The position numbers and the translations under genes were made by a program. Positions 38,356-48,452 of a stretch of DNA of 64,000 bases are shown here, piece after piece. The notes below the pieces were generated by a model. It did not search any database. It saw nothing but the letters and a program-made list of their open reading frames with translations, and was not told the DNA's origin. Source of the DNA: an uncultured Gammaproteobacteria bacterium (lineage in GTDB: Bacteria > Patescibacteriota > Microgenomatia > UBA10105 > UBA927); contig CAZSTG010000004.1 of the NCBI GenBank assembly GCA_964609895.1, positions 16,288 through 80,287 on the forward strand, in the 5' to 3' direction. Within the stretch, counting starts at the first letter, position 1, and every line of letters starts with the position of its first letter.

Positions 38356-39057
38356 ATGAGCTATAATGATGAAACATTTATTCTTTCACTCGGTGGATCC
38401 CTCGTGGTGCCGAAAACTGGTATTGATACCCAGTTTTTAAAAGAATTTAATACATTCATCAGAAAACAAGTCTCCGAAAAAAAGCGGAGATTTTTTATAG
38501 TTGTAGGCGGGGGAGAAACGGCGGGCAAATTCATCAACGCCGGCAAAGAAACGCTCGGACATGAACTGACCAATGAGGATCTTGACTGGTTGGGTATTCA
38601 TTCAACACGACTGAATGCGCAGCTTGTACGCACAATCTTTCACGATATTGCAGATCCCCGTGTGATTAAACACTATGAAATAATCCTAAAAATTGACCAA
38701 CCTGTTGCAATAGCAGCAGGATGGAAGCCGGGGTGGAGCACGGATTTCTGTGCTGTCACACTCAGTGAAGATTACAATATCAAAGAGGTTGTCAATCTGA
38801 GCAACATCGACAAAGTCTATGATAAAGATCCAAAAACTGATCCTAACGCCAAACCCATAGATACCATTACATGGAAGGACTATCGAAAAATGGTGGGAGA
38901 CATGTGGACACCACGTATGAATGTCCCGTTTGATCCGATTGCATCCAAGCTTGCAGAAAACCTCAACGTTCGGGTAAAAGTGTTGAACGGAAGAAATCTG
39001 GATAATCTGGCACTTGCGCTGGACAACAAGCCGTTTGTCGGCACCACAATCGGCTAA
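38356..39057 (+). CDS. pyrH: UMP kinase (archaeal-type)
   Basis: LSLGGS, VVGGG, GWKPGWSTD, VYDKDPK, PFDPIASKLA. Confidence 0.9.
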   Translation: MSYNDETFILSLGGSLVVPKTGIDTQFLKEFNTFIRKQVSEKKRRFFIVVGGGETAGKFINAGKETLGHELTNEDLDWLGIHSTRLNAQLVRTIFHDIADPRVIKHYEIILKIDQPVAIAAGWKPGWSTDFCAVTLSEDYNIKEVVNLSNIDKVYDKDPKTDPNAKPIDTITWKDYRKMVGDMWTPRMNVPFDPIASKLAENLNVRVKVLNGRNLDNLALALDNKPFVGTTIG

Positions 39058-39648
39058 TTATACCTTCTTGAAGATTTCCCTCATAACAAGTGTTGCCATA
39101 AACACACAAGATCGGAAAAACAGACGAGTATCGTAAAAAAAATTTTTCCTTTGAACATATAAACAGTCATCTCTCATCCATTCATCAAATGTTCGCTGAT
39201 GATAGCCGTTGAATATCCACGGTGACACTATTCCAGGTTTGATCTTTTGCCGTTCTTTTTGCCATGGAAGCAGGTGTTTTGCTTCCGAAAGGGGAAGCGG
39301 TCGCGGTCCAAACAGTGCCATATCTCCGACCAACACATTCCATAGTTGTGGAAGTTCATCAAGACCCGTGTGACTTAAAAACCTCCCGAATGAAGTAAAT
39401 CTGGGATCATTATGAATTTTAAACACCGGCCCTCTGGCTTCATTCTGTAGCCGGTATTTTTTTTGATCCTGTTCTGCATGTAGATACATGGTTCTGAATT
39501 TATACATAATAAACGGCACGCCATCCTTGCCGACGCGTCGTTGACGAAAAAAAACCGGTCTTCCCGAAAAGCAGAAAACACCAATGCTGATCACCGCAAA
39601 AACGGGGGAAAGTACCAATAACAGGAAAAAAACAAAAACCGTGTACAT
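39058..39648 (-). CDS. Priming sugar-1-phosphate transferase (Bac_transf)
   Basis: FFRQRRVG, YKFRTM, DPRFT, LDELPQLWNVLVGDM..GPRP. Confidence 0.9.
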   Translation of the reverse strand: MYTVFVFFLLLVLSPVFAVISIGVFCFSGRPVFFRQRRVGKDGVPFIMYKFRTMYLHAEQDQKKYRLQNEARGPVFKIHNDPRFTSFGRFLSHTGLDELPQLWNVLVGDMALFGPRPLPLSEAKHLLPWQKERQKIKPGIVSPWIFNGYHQRTFDEWMRDDCLYVQRKNFFYDTRLFFRSCVFMATLVMREIFKKV

Positions 39649-39773
39649 AACGAAAAAGCCTAATAATGATCATACTATAGCGTATTGGGGATGACTTGGA
39701 CAATATGACGTGCCCTTTTATCGGAAAAGCCGTACAATGAATCAATCTGTGACCCATAGACATGTGCACATAT

Positions 39774-40694
39774 ATGATTTCGATTCTTATTGCCACATAC
39801 CAAAGACCGCTACAGTTAAAAAGATGTTTGCTATCCATCAAAGCAACCGGATATACCACGTATGAGGTGCTCATTATAGATCAGAGCAAGGACGGTAGGA
39901 CAAAAAGTCTGATAACGCTGCTTAATGATCCGCGCTTGATCTATATACACGAACCGACAATAAACAAATCCGTCGCACTGAATACGGGAATACGGAAAGC
40001 TAAGGGAGATATCCTCGCATTTACTGATGACGATTGTATCGTCTCCAAACGCTGGCTTGCAACCATACAAAGAGATATGGATTCCCGTCAGCACATCGGC
40101 GGGGTCTTCGGTTCAACGCTTCCATATCATACATCCGCACATCACGGTTTATATTGTGTCAGCACATACACACACAAAAAAAACACCATTGTGTCCAAAC
40201 CGTGCAAGCATTCGGAACACATCGGATATGGAAACAATATGGCGTGGAGGAAAAACATGTGCGCCGCCATCAGATTTGAACCTTGGCTCGGTCCGAACAG
40301 TGTGGGACAAAATGCGGAAGATGCTGATTTCACCCTCCGTCAGCTTATTGCCGGAAACAAAATTTTTTGTGATCCTACCATGGTGGTTTGGCACGATCAT
40401 TGGGTAAACAGAAAACTCTATGAACTGCAAAGCGGCATCTATATCCATGGAGAAATGGCATGTTACGGAAATCTTGCTTTACAGGGATGGACATTTGCCA
40501 AAAAAGTTGTGTGTCAAAATGGTATGTCTTCCCTGCGGGAATTCAAGCGGTGCGTAAGGTATACGATAAGACAAAAAAAGACAACGGCAGATCTGTGGAG
40601 TGCTGCTGTACGCTTTTTCTTGGCTCGAGTGACGGGAATTACTGTTGGGACGATATATTTTTTGAAAAACAAATTCAGGCTATTTGATGTGTAA
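39774..40694 (+). CDS. GT2 glycosyltransferase
   Basis: ISILIATYQR, AFTDDDC, AEDADF. Confidence 0.85.
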   Translation: MISILIATYQRPLQLKRCLLSIKATGYTTYEVLIIDQSKDGRTKSLITLLNDPRLIYIHEPTINKSVALNTGIRKAKGDILAFTDDDCIVSKRWLATIQRDMDSRQHIGGVFGSTLPYHTSAHHGLYCVSTYTHKKNTIVSKPCKHSEHIGYGNNMAWRKNMCAAIRFEPWLGPNSVGQNAEDADFTLRQLIAGNKIFCDPTMVVWHDHWVNRKLYELQSGIYIHGEMACYGNLALQGWTFAKKVVCQNGMSSLREFKRCVRYTIRQKKTTADLWSAAVRFFLARVTGITVGTIYFLKNKFRLFDV

Positions 40695-41811
40695 GACGGG
40701 AAATTTTCCTTTCCCAGCTGTTTGCGATTGCTATATCCCTTTGTGCCCGCCTGTAAGAGGCGGGCCAAGGCTTTGACAGGATGTTCCGGATAAGAGATTC
40801 CCAGTCCTCCGGTTTTTTGCCGATCCGGATAAATTTGGAATACCGCCGCAATTCCTCAATCGGCGTCGCAAGAACAGGTTTGCCCATATAAAAATATTCC
40901 ATTACTTTCATGGGGAAACAATATAGATTAAACACGTCGGATACAGCATAGGGGATGATGCAGAGGTCAAAAGACGCAATCACAGAAGGTAACTTTTGTT
41001 TGGAGACAAAACCTTTCCAACACACATTGGCAAGAGAAAAAAATGTGTGTATGTCGTCGTCAAGTTCCCCATTGGTATCAAGCACATCTGATCGGCAAGA
41101 CCCATACAGTTGAAACGTGATGTCCGGCATGCGTTTGGCAACGGCTGTCAGCAGGCGGTAGTCAATCCTGCGGGTAATACCGCCAACAAACCCGACAATA
41201 TGACCCGCGTGGGATTTTTCCCGCGCCGGTGTAACCCGTTGAAACACCTCCTTGGCAAAACCCAACGGAACAAAACGTATATCTGGGCGATATTGACGAA
41301 ATTTCCGCACCAGCGTTCTTGAATTGGCAAACACGTATGTGACTGTCCGCAATAATGACTGGTCCTGCATGTTCAATTGTTTGGACACGCCCTGATAGTA
41401 ATCCACACAGTCGTACACAGACGTGAAATGTGAGAAGTATCCGATAATAGACGAAATATACAGGGGATCAAAAAACCAAAATATTTTTTTTCTGTACTTG
41501 TATTTTTTTTGCAGGAACCAGTGAAGAAACCAGGCATTAAGCCGGTAATTAAGCAGCTTTATGTTTCCAAATCGCTGACCAGGAATACAAAAAAACGGGT
41601 GAAACAACAACGCGTTTTGCTTTTTTTCGAAAAAACGGATGGGGGAGTTCGTATGGAAAATATCTTTCCACGAAATGGTATCTTCCGAACAAAAAACTAC
41701 AACAGTGTTGTGTCTGGATAGCACCCGCATGGTTTGTACCGCGTAATCACACCAGTACGCAAGCTTGTCGTTGAGTACCATCAGAATGAGGGCGTTTTGC
41801 AGCGTAGCCAT
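40675..41811 (-). CDS. GT-B glycosyltransferase (TuaH-like)
   Basis: VYDCVD, VGFVGGI, PMKVMEYFYMGKPV. Confidence 0.8.
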   Translation of the reverse strand: MATLQNALILMVLNDKLAYWCDYAVQTMRVLSRHNTVVVFCSEDTISWKDIFHTNSPIRFFEKKQNALLFHPFFCIPGQRFGNIKLLNYRLNAWFLHWFLQKKYKYRKKIFWFFDPLYISSIIGYFSHFTSVYDCVDYYQGVSKQLNMQDQSLLRTVTYVFANSRTLVRKFRQYRPDIRFVPLGFAKEVFQRVTPAREKSHAGHIVGFVGGITRRIDYRLLTAVAKRMPDITFQLYGSCRSDVLDTNGELDDDIHTFFSLANVCWKGFVSKQKLPSVIASFDLCIIPYAVSDVFNLYCFPMKVMEYFYMGKPVLATPIEELRRYSKFIRIGKKPEDWESLIRNILSKPWPASYRRAQRDIAIANSWERKISRLTHQIA

Positions 41812-41896
41812 AAGAAAACCAAACATATTATACATTTTTGTTGTTATAAAAAGAAAACATTGTTACAATAAAGGCCAACTTGTCCCGAAAATCACT

Positions 41897-42904
41897 ATGA
41901 ACAAAAAACTGCGGGTCGTCATCATTGGCTGCGGCTATTTCGGACAAAAACGCCTGCAGGCTTGTCTACACCTCAAAAATAAACTGCAGATTGTAGGTGT
42001 TGTTGACGCAGATAAAAAACGAGCCGCGGACACGGGTAAAGCATACCGCCTTCCGTTTGCCTTTTCCCTGTCTGAATTTTTCGGGTTCGCCACCGCCGAC
42101 ATTGCCATCATTGCAGTGCCAAACAATCAACATGCCGCGTTGGTTGTGGAGGCGCTCAAACACGGACTGCATGTGTTGTGTGAAAAACCGCTTGCTGTTT
42201 CCTCAAGCGAAGCGGGAAAAATTGTTGCTGCGGCAAAAACATATGGTCGGTTTGTAAAAACCGGATCAAACCACCGCTTCTTTCCAACAGTCAGAAAGGC
42301 ACACGACATTGTACAACAAGGAACTATCGGACGCGTGCTTTGTATAAAGGGGAATATCGGCACAAATGGATCCCACACAAAACAATCATGGTTCTGGAAT
42401 AAAAATCTGTCAGGAGGAGGAACATATATAGACAACGCGTGCCACCTGTTGGATATCACCAGATGGTTTATGGGTAATTTTTCTTCCTGCACAGGCATGA
42501 TTGGCAACGTCTACTGGAAAAAAGCGTCGGTCGAAGACTGTGCGGGCGGACTATATAAAACCAAAGATGGACGGCTGGCAATAATAACTTCTTCATGGAC
42601 ACAATGGACCGGCTATATGTCTCTGGAAATCTGGGGAGATAAAGGCTACATTCTTATTGATTCCAAACAGGGAGATTTTATTATCGTCGGAGACAAACTA
42701 TCACAGAAGAAAAGAGTGTTTGATTTTTCCAACAAGCCCCTTTCGTCCTACGAGGACGAACTGTCTTATTTCATATCCTGTGTCCGGAATAACGAAGAAC
42801 CGAGACCAAATGCAGAAGATGGAGCAGCGGTGATCCGCATGATTGAAGGTGTCTATGCTGCGGCAAAACAGAAAAAACAAATTCTATTGCTCAAACGATC
42901 ATGA
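41897..42904 (+). CDS. Gfo/Idh/MocA oxidoreductase (nucleotide-sugar dehydrogenase)
   Basis: IIGCGYFG, HVLCEKP, GGGTYIDNACH. Confidence 0.88.
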   Translation: MNKKLRVVIIGCGYFGQKRLQACLHLKNKLQIVGVVDADKKRAADTGKAYRLPFAFSLSEFFGFATADIAIIAVPNNQHAALVVEALKHGLHVLCEKPLAVSSSEAGKIVAAAKTYGRFVKTGSNHRFFPTVRKAHDIVQQGTIGRVLCIKGNIGTNGSHTKQSWFWNKNLSGGGTYIDNACHLLDITRWFMGNFSSCTGMIGNVYWKKASVEDCAGGLYKTKDGRLAIITSSWTQWTGYMSLEIWGDKGYILIDSKQGDFIIVGDKLSQKKRVFDFSNKPLSSYEDELSYFISCVRNNEEPRPNAEDGAAVIRMIEGVYAAAKQKKQILLLKRS

Positions 42905-44007
42905 TTCCCGTCAATAAACCAAGAATGTATCCGGAAATGTATACCCTGACAAAAACGGCATTGGATTCAGGTTGGCTCAGCGCCGAGGGGCCAATGGTAA
43001 AAACATTTGAAAAAAACTTTTCCCGATATATCACTATGCGATTTGGCGCGGCAACAAATTCAGGTACGGCCGCATTGCATCTTGCATGTGCTGCACTTGG
43101 CATAGGAAAAGGCGATGAGGTGCTTGTGCCATCATTAACCATTGCCTCGTGTTATTTTGCTGTGTGGTACGTGGGGGCAACCGCTGTTCCCGTTGATGTA
43201 ACTCCCGATACATATACCATGGACCCCCGCCTTATTGAAAAAAACATCACAAAAAAAACGAAGGCAATTATGCCGGTGCATCTGTATGGCCATCCCGCTG
43301 ACATGGATCCGATTATGGAGGTAGCAAAAAAACATAATCTTTTTGTGATTGAAGATGCGGCGGAAGCGCACGGGGCCGAATATAAAGGAAAAAAAGTCGG
43401 TTCATTTGGCGATATTTCTATTTTCAGTTTTTATGCAAACAAATTGGTGACCTGTGGAGAAGGAGGGATGGTTCTGACAAATAATACAAGGATATATGAA
43501 CGTGTCGTGCGTTTAAAAAGTCTGTTTCATTCCAAAGAAACGCGGTTTGTCCATGATGCAATCGGCTATAACTACCATATGTCCAATCTGCAGGCCGCCG
43601 TCGGTCTTGCCAGTCTTTCCCACATTCAGGAATCCATCAAACAAAAACAGACAATGGCAAAATTGTACAACACTGGGCTTGAAAAAATTGCGGGGGTACT
43701 GACACCGGAAGAAAAACCATGGGCAAAAAATGTCTATTGGATGTATGCCATACGCATTCAAGGAAAAAAGTTCGGTATGTCCAGAAACGCGGTTGCTAAA
43801 AAACTGCTGCAACAGGGTATCCAAACGAGAACCTTTTTCTTTTCACCCCGCACCGCATTTAAAAAACTCGGCATGTACCAAACCAAACACTTTCCTGTCG
43901 CCGAACTGGTGGAGCGGGAGGGAATATATTTACCCTCGGGATTAGGTAATACAAAAAAAGACTTTTTGGAAACAATCGGGCAGATGCAGCGGTTACACAC
44001 GCAGTAA
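42901..44007 (+). CDS. DegT/DnrJ/EryC1/StrS aminotransferase (perosamine synthase-like)
   Basis: NSGTAALHLA, IEDAAEAHG, FSFYANKLVTCGEGG, GYNYHMSN. Confidence 0.9.
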   Translation: MIPVNKPRMYPEMYTLTKTALDSGWLSAEGPMVKTFEKNFSRYITMRFGAATNSGTAALHLACAALGIGKGDEVLVPSLTIASCYFAVWYVGATAVPVDVTPDTYTMDPRLIEKNITKKTKAIMPVHLYGHPADMDPIMEVAKKHNLFVIEDAAEAHGAEYKGKKVGSFGDISIFSFYANKLVTCGEGGMVLTNNTRIYERVVRLKSLFHSKETRFVHDAIGYNYHMSNLQAAVGLASLSHIQESIKQKQTMAKLYNTGLEKIAGVLTPEEKPWAKNVYWMYAIRIQGKKFGMSRNAVAKKLLQQGIQTRTFFFSPRTAFKKLGMYQTKHFPVAELVEREGIYLPSGLGNTKKDFLETIGQMQRLHTQ

Positions 44008-44751
44008 CGAGCACACCTTCCGGACGGCTGATCGAACAATAAACCATAGTGTATATACTGCTATAACCACATACCGTTTGCCAAGACGTTGTGGCTCTTG
44101 CATAAAACGAAAAAACCACTCCAAACCGGATGCCCTCATCCATGCGGGCGCCTGTTTTTTTATACCGGAAATAAAATCAAAGGCAGCGCCGACACCAATA
44201 GATACATTGGCGTAAATATGTTGTTTTGCGAAAAACATCCACTGTTCTTGTTTTGGCGTGCTTAAACCGACAAACACAATCTGCGCTTTCGATGTATTCA
44301 CTAAGGTATATATTTTCTGAAGTTCCGCCTTGGAAAATGGGGCAAGGGGAGGAGCATAGACACCCGCGATAATAAGCTTCGGAAAAATTTTTTTCAGCTG
44401 AAATGAAAGGTGGGTAAGTGTTGCCTGAGTGGTGCCAAAGAGAAAGATTCTCATGTTGTTTTGTTCCGCCATTGCACACACTCGCAACATAAAATCGGGT
44501 CCGTATATTCGGGTAACATGCGGCCGCCCCATCAACTTCCCCATCCACACAAGCGGCATGCCGTCGCAAACGGTTGCGCTTGCCGTGTTCAGTATCCGTT
44601 GAAATGCGCTGTTGCGCTGAGCTTCAACCACGCCGTGCAGACTTGTAAGACATATATAGGTATGTCTATTGTGTTGCACCATTTTCCGTATCCGCTCGAC
44701 CAGCTTCCCGGACGGAGAATCAAAAAAACGGATACCAAGTGTAGTAAACAT
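43993..44751 (-). CDS. WecB/TagA/CpsF-family glycosyltransferase
   Basis: DGMPLVW, RIYGPD, VGLSTPKQE, GVGAAFDF, GLEWFFR..QEPQRL. Confidence 0.9.
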   Translation of the reverse strand: MFTTLGIRFFDSPSGKLVERIRKMVQHNRHTYICLTSLHGVVEAQRNSAFQRILNTASATVCDGMPLVWMGKLMGRPHVTRIYGPDFMLRVCAMAEQNNMRIFLFGTTQATLTHLSFQLKKIFPKLIIAGVYAPPLAPFSKAELQKIYTLVNTSKAQIVFVGLSTPKQEQWMFFAKQHIYANVSIGVGAAFDFISGIKKQAPAWMRASGLEWFFRFMQEPQRLGKRYVVIAVYTLWFIVRSAVRKVCSLLRV

Positions 44752-44754
44752 ACA

Positions 44755-45705
44755 TCAGATAAAATATTGATATGGTTTCGTATATAATGGCCACCTTGCT
44801 TGAATAGAAATTCTTTTCCGTTTTATTACGCTCCACAAACGGATAACTTCTCTATATGCATGAAAAGAACTTCTCTCAAACACAATCGTATAGAGAAAAA
44901 TACCAATATCATAAAATATGATAGCCGGCGCATCCCGTAAAAAAAACGGTACCGCGTCGTTTTTTAATAACAACAGATATCTGTTGCGGAGACCAAGCAG
45001 TCTCAGCTGTGGGGAAACGTTCTTTCTTTGACCAGAACGGAAGGTTCGTATGTGCCACGCAACAGCACGCGGAACAAACAGGGAAATCCAACCCGCGCGC
45101 TGTGCCCTCCATGCAACATCCACATCCTCTTTGTGCATAAAAAAATCCTCATCAAATATTTCTTTCTCGATGGCGATATCTTCCAGCATTATTCTCCGAT
45201 AAAACGCGGCCGCTCCGTCGGGACCAAAAATACGACCACCTGCCAACGGGTGTATTTTTTCGCCTTCGTGACACAATCCCTGCCTTCTGTTTTTTCTCAT
45301 AAACAGCCCCGCTCCATCTATGGCAAACGGTTTTATGTCCATCCCATCTGTTCTTAGAAGCAACCCCGCCGCAGAACCGGCCTGCGGATTTTGATCAAGT
45401 GCCACCACCATGGTTTTCAAAAAATCCGGCTTCAGAAAAACATCAGGGTTCAAGGTAAGAACGTATGTGCTTTTTGTTAAACGCAGTGCTTGATTGTGAG
45501 CAGCCGCGTAACCGACGTTATGCTTGTTATGATGCACCACAACAAATGGAAATGATTTACAGATGGAAACAGTCTTGTCCGACGATGCGTTGTCAACAAT
45601 ATGAACAGAAAAATCCGTATATGTCTGTTGCGATAAACACAGAAGACACTTCTGTATGAGTTTTTCACTGTTATATGTGACAATATGAACAGAAACAGTT
45701 TTCAT
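44755..45705 (-). CDS. GT2 glycosyltransferase (rhamnosyltransferase-like)
   Basis: IVTYNS, VDNASSD, LNPDV, EDVDVAWR. Confidence 0.85.
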   Translation of the reverse strand: MKTVSVHIVTYNSEKLIQKCLLCLSQQTYTDFSVHIVDNASSDKTVSICKSFPFVVVHHNKHNVGYAAAHNQALRLTKSTYVLTLNPDVFLKPDFLKTMVVALDQNPQAGSAAGLLLRTDGMDIKPFAIDGAGLFMRKNRRQGLCHEGEKIHPLAGGRIFGPDGAAAFYRRIMLEDIAIEKEIFDEDFFMHKEDVDVAWRAQRAGWISLFVPRAVAWHIRTFRSGQRKNVSPQLRLLGLRNRYLLLLKNDAVPFFLRDAPAIIFYDIGIFLYTIVFERSSFHAYREVIRLWSVIKRKRISIQARWPLYTKPYQYFI

Positions 45706-45721
45706 ATAAAAACATCTCCTG

Positions 45722-46744
45722 TTACTCCATGGCCGCAAGTATCGGCTTCATCCACCGAATATTGTAGTAAATAGGAGACGAATATCTCCTATACCGCGCG
45801 TTTCCCTGAATGGACGCTACCAGTGGCGATATTGCCTGCAAAAAACTGATGCGTGGTTTAAAATGCAGGACTTTTGCGGCTTTTTTAGTTGATACTTTAT
45901 AGGATCGGTCTGGTGTTGTGCACTGCATATATTGTTGTTTTACGGAAAAAGAAAGCTTTTTTCTAAAGAAGGAAACCACTCCGGCCGCCACTTCTTTTAC
46001 CTGATAATTGTTTTCCGCAATATTAAAAATTTCCCCCTGTATGGAAGAGGGAGGAGAACGTAATACCCGATAATACGCCTCCGCGACATCCTCAACTGCA
46101 ACAAGTGGACGCCATTGTAGCCCTCCATTATACACAACGATCTGCTTTTTTCGAAGCGCATCACTCACCATCGTATTAATAATAAGATCATACCTCATGC
46201 GGGGAGAGAAACCGTAGATTGTTCCCTTCCGCAGGATTGTCACAAAAAAACGGTTCGTGCACATTTTTAACAGCTCTTGTTCAGCTAAAAATTTGGATAG
46301 CGAATATGGATTTTTGGGAAAGACGGCGGCACTCTCGGATTGCGTCTTGTTATATTGTGGTTCCCTGTTATAGATGGAACAGCTGGAAGCAAAAATGAAG
46401 CGCCTGACTCCGGCGTGTTGTGCCATGCGTGCAACCGCGATTGTACCTTCTTTGTTTATCTGCATATTGGCAGTGGGATTAAACTCCGCTGTGGGATCGT
46501 TGGACAACGCAGCCAGATGAATAACTGCATGGACGTCGTCAAACAATCCACAAGGGGGGTTCCGGACGTCACCTTTCACAACCCGGATTTGTTTCAAAAC
46601 ACCCCGAAGAGACGCGCCGCCGAAATAAAACGAATCAAAAACTGTTATGTTATACCCACGCTGAAGGAGATAGGGAACTAAAACGGAACCGACATATCCC
46701 GCTCCTCCTGTAACAAGCACGTGCTGTTTTGTTGTTTTTTTCAT
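45722..46744 (-). CDS. NAD-dependent epimerase/dehydratase (extended SDR)
   Basis: VTGGAGYVG, ASSCSIY, YSLSK. Confidence 0.88.
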   Translation of the reverse strand: MKKTTKQHVLVTGGAGYVGSVLVPYLLQRGYNITVFDSFYFGGASLRGVLKQIRVVKGDVRNPPCGLFDDVHAVIHLAALSNDPTAEFNPTANMQINKEGTIAVARMAQHAGVRRFIFASSCSIYNREPQYNKTQSESAAVFPKNPYSLSKFLAEQELLKMCTNRFFVTILRKGTIYGFSPRMRYDLIINTMVSDALRKKQIVVYNGGLQWRPLVAVEDVAEAYYRVLRSPPSSIQGEIFNIAENNYQVKEVAAGVVSFFRKKLSFSVKQQYMQCTTPDRSYKVSTKKAAKVLHFKPRISFLQAISPLVASIQGNARYRRYSSPIYYNIRWMKPILAAME

Positions 46745-46770
46745 AGAGAATTGTGCAGTGCAAGTATAAC

Positions 46771-47331
46771 TTATTCAAAAGCTGGATGCTCCAGATATGT
46801 CTTTAATGTCATTCCGTGTGTATCACGGGAAGACAAAAGCGGAGGAGTTGTTATTGGCCAGCGGACAGCAACCGCTGAATCATTCCAAAGGAGTGTGCCT
46901 TCCGCTGAAGGCGTATAATATCCCGTCTGTTTATATTGCATCTCGGCAAACGGCGAAAGCGTCAAAAAACCCAGCGCAAACCCAACAGGAACATACAGCA
47001 TTTTTTTGTTCCTTGCCGAAAGAACCGTCGCATACCATTTTCCAAATGTGGCAGATGAAACACGCAAATCCACCGCAACCTCAAATACTGAACCGAGTGT
47101 ACAGCGGACGAGTTTACCCATCGGGGCAGACATATCTTGATAATGTAAACCGCGAAGCACGCCTTTTTTAGATCTAGAATGACCCTCCTGAACAAACTCC
47201 TCGCAAAACCCAGCCTCCTGAAAAACTCTTTTATTCCACGGCTCAATAAAAAACCCGCGGGCGTCCTGAAAATATTCTATTTGAAAATTCAACAACCCTT
47301 GAAAATCGGTTGGTAAGATGGTTGTTTTCAT
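46771..47331 (-). CDS. rmlC: dTDP-4-dehydrorhamnose 3,5-epimerase
   Basis: DARGFF, GVLRGLHYQ, KLVRC, VAVDLR. Confidence 0.9.
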   Translation of the reverse strand: MKTTILPTDFQGLLNFQIEYFQDARGFFIEPWNKRVFQEAGFCEEFVQEGHSRSKKGVLRGLHYQDMSAPMGKLVRCTLGSVFEVAVDLRVSSATFGKWYATVLSARNKKMLYVPVGFALGFLTLSPFAEMQYKQTGYYTPSAEGTLLWNDSAVAVRWPITTPPLLSSRDTHGMTLKTYLEHPAFE

Positions 47332-47379
47332 TGTTGGATACTCCTAGTATATAATTTGTCTAGAAGTTTTTACACATAT

Positions 47380-48342
47380 ATGATCGTTACCTGTATTATA
47401 TCAAGCGCCGGATATCCGAAAAATCTGCCCGTTCTTTCCAAATGCATCAGATCGCTTATTGTCGCAAAGACGAACAAAACAAAACTGCGGATTATTGTCA
47501 CCACAAACAATCATAAACATCTCATCGAAAAAAACAGACACATAGATCACATATGCGTCTCCCCAAAAAGCTCCGGGTTTGTGGGGATCAACAATGCTGC
47601 CGTCATAAACACGATGCGCAAAAAAAGCGATTATTATCTCATCATCAACGATGATGCGTGGGTTGACAGAAACTTTTTCCACAATTTAAACAAGACTGTT
47701 CAGATTCATCCTGAACACAAAGATATTGTTATTCCGTTCATATTTGATGGTTCCAGTACGGCTGTTGATTCCTTCGGCGTTGAATATTTTCGCACAGGCT
47801 ATCCAAAAAACGCCTCTATGGAAACCGTTCAAACCTCTCTAGCCTCTATGTCCTGTTTGTTACTAAAAACAGAATTCCTAAAAAAAATGATTTCCTCCTA
47901 TGGATATTTTCTGAATCCATTACTCACGTGGTATCTGGACGACGTTGAGTTTTCCGTTCGCGCGCTTGCACTAGGAGGAAATCTGTATAGGGACAAAACC
48001 ATCGTCGCACACCATCTTCGCACTTACACATGGGGGAGAAAAAGTTATGCTGTTATATACTACAGCTTTCGTAACCTTATTTGGGTAATACTGTTAACTT
48101 GGCCAAAACGGGTGATAATAAACAACTTGCCTCGTATTATCTGTTGGCAAATACTTACCTGTGTGTACTGTCTTCTCAAATATTCCCCGCTATTATACCC
48201 GAAAATAATTTGGGACACCTGTGTACATTGGCGCATGCTGATGAAGGAAAGAAAAAACATTCTCTCTAAATATAAAAAGATAAATGCGTTCAATGCTATG
48301 TTTTCTTCTCTTGAAATCCGTCATGATAGAGTCACGTTTTGA
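47380..48342 (+). CDS. GT2-like glycosyltransferase
   Basis: LIINDDA, YLDDVEFSVR, YYSFRN. Confidence 0.7.
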   Translation: MIVTCIISSAGYPKNLPVLSKCIRSLIVAKTNKTKLRIIVTTNNHKHLIEKNRHIDHICVSPKSSGFVGINNAAVINTMRKKSDYYLIINDDAWVDRNFFHNLNKTVQIHPEHKDIVIPFIFDGSSTAVDSFGVEYFRTGYPKNASMETVQTSLASMSCLLLKTEFLKKMISSYGYFLNPLLTWYLDDVEFSVRALALGGNLYRDKTIVAHHLRTYTWGRKSYAVIYYSFRNLIWVILLTWPKRVIINNLPRIICWQILTCVYCLLKYSPLLYPKIIWDTCVHWRMLMKERKNILSKYKKINAFNAMFSSLEIRHDRVTF

Positions 48343-48452
48343 AGTGCTGTTCTGTTAATGACAGGTGAGGAAATATGCAAAAAACTGATCGGCCGGCGCC
48401 GACAGGTCTGTTCACAAATTTATAAATTGTTCAATCAATAAAACGGTGGTTC

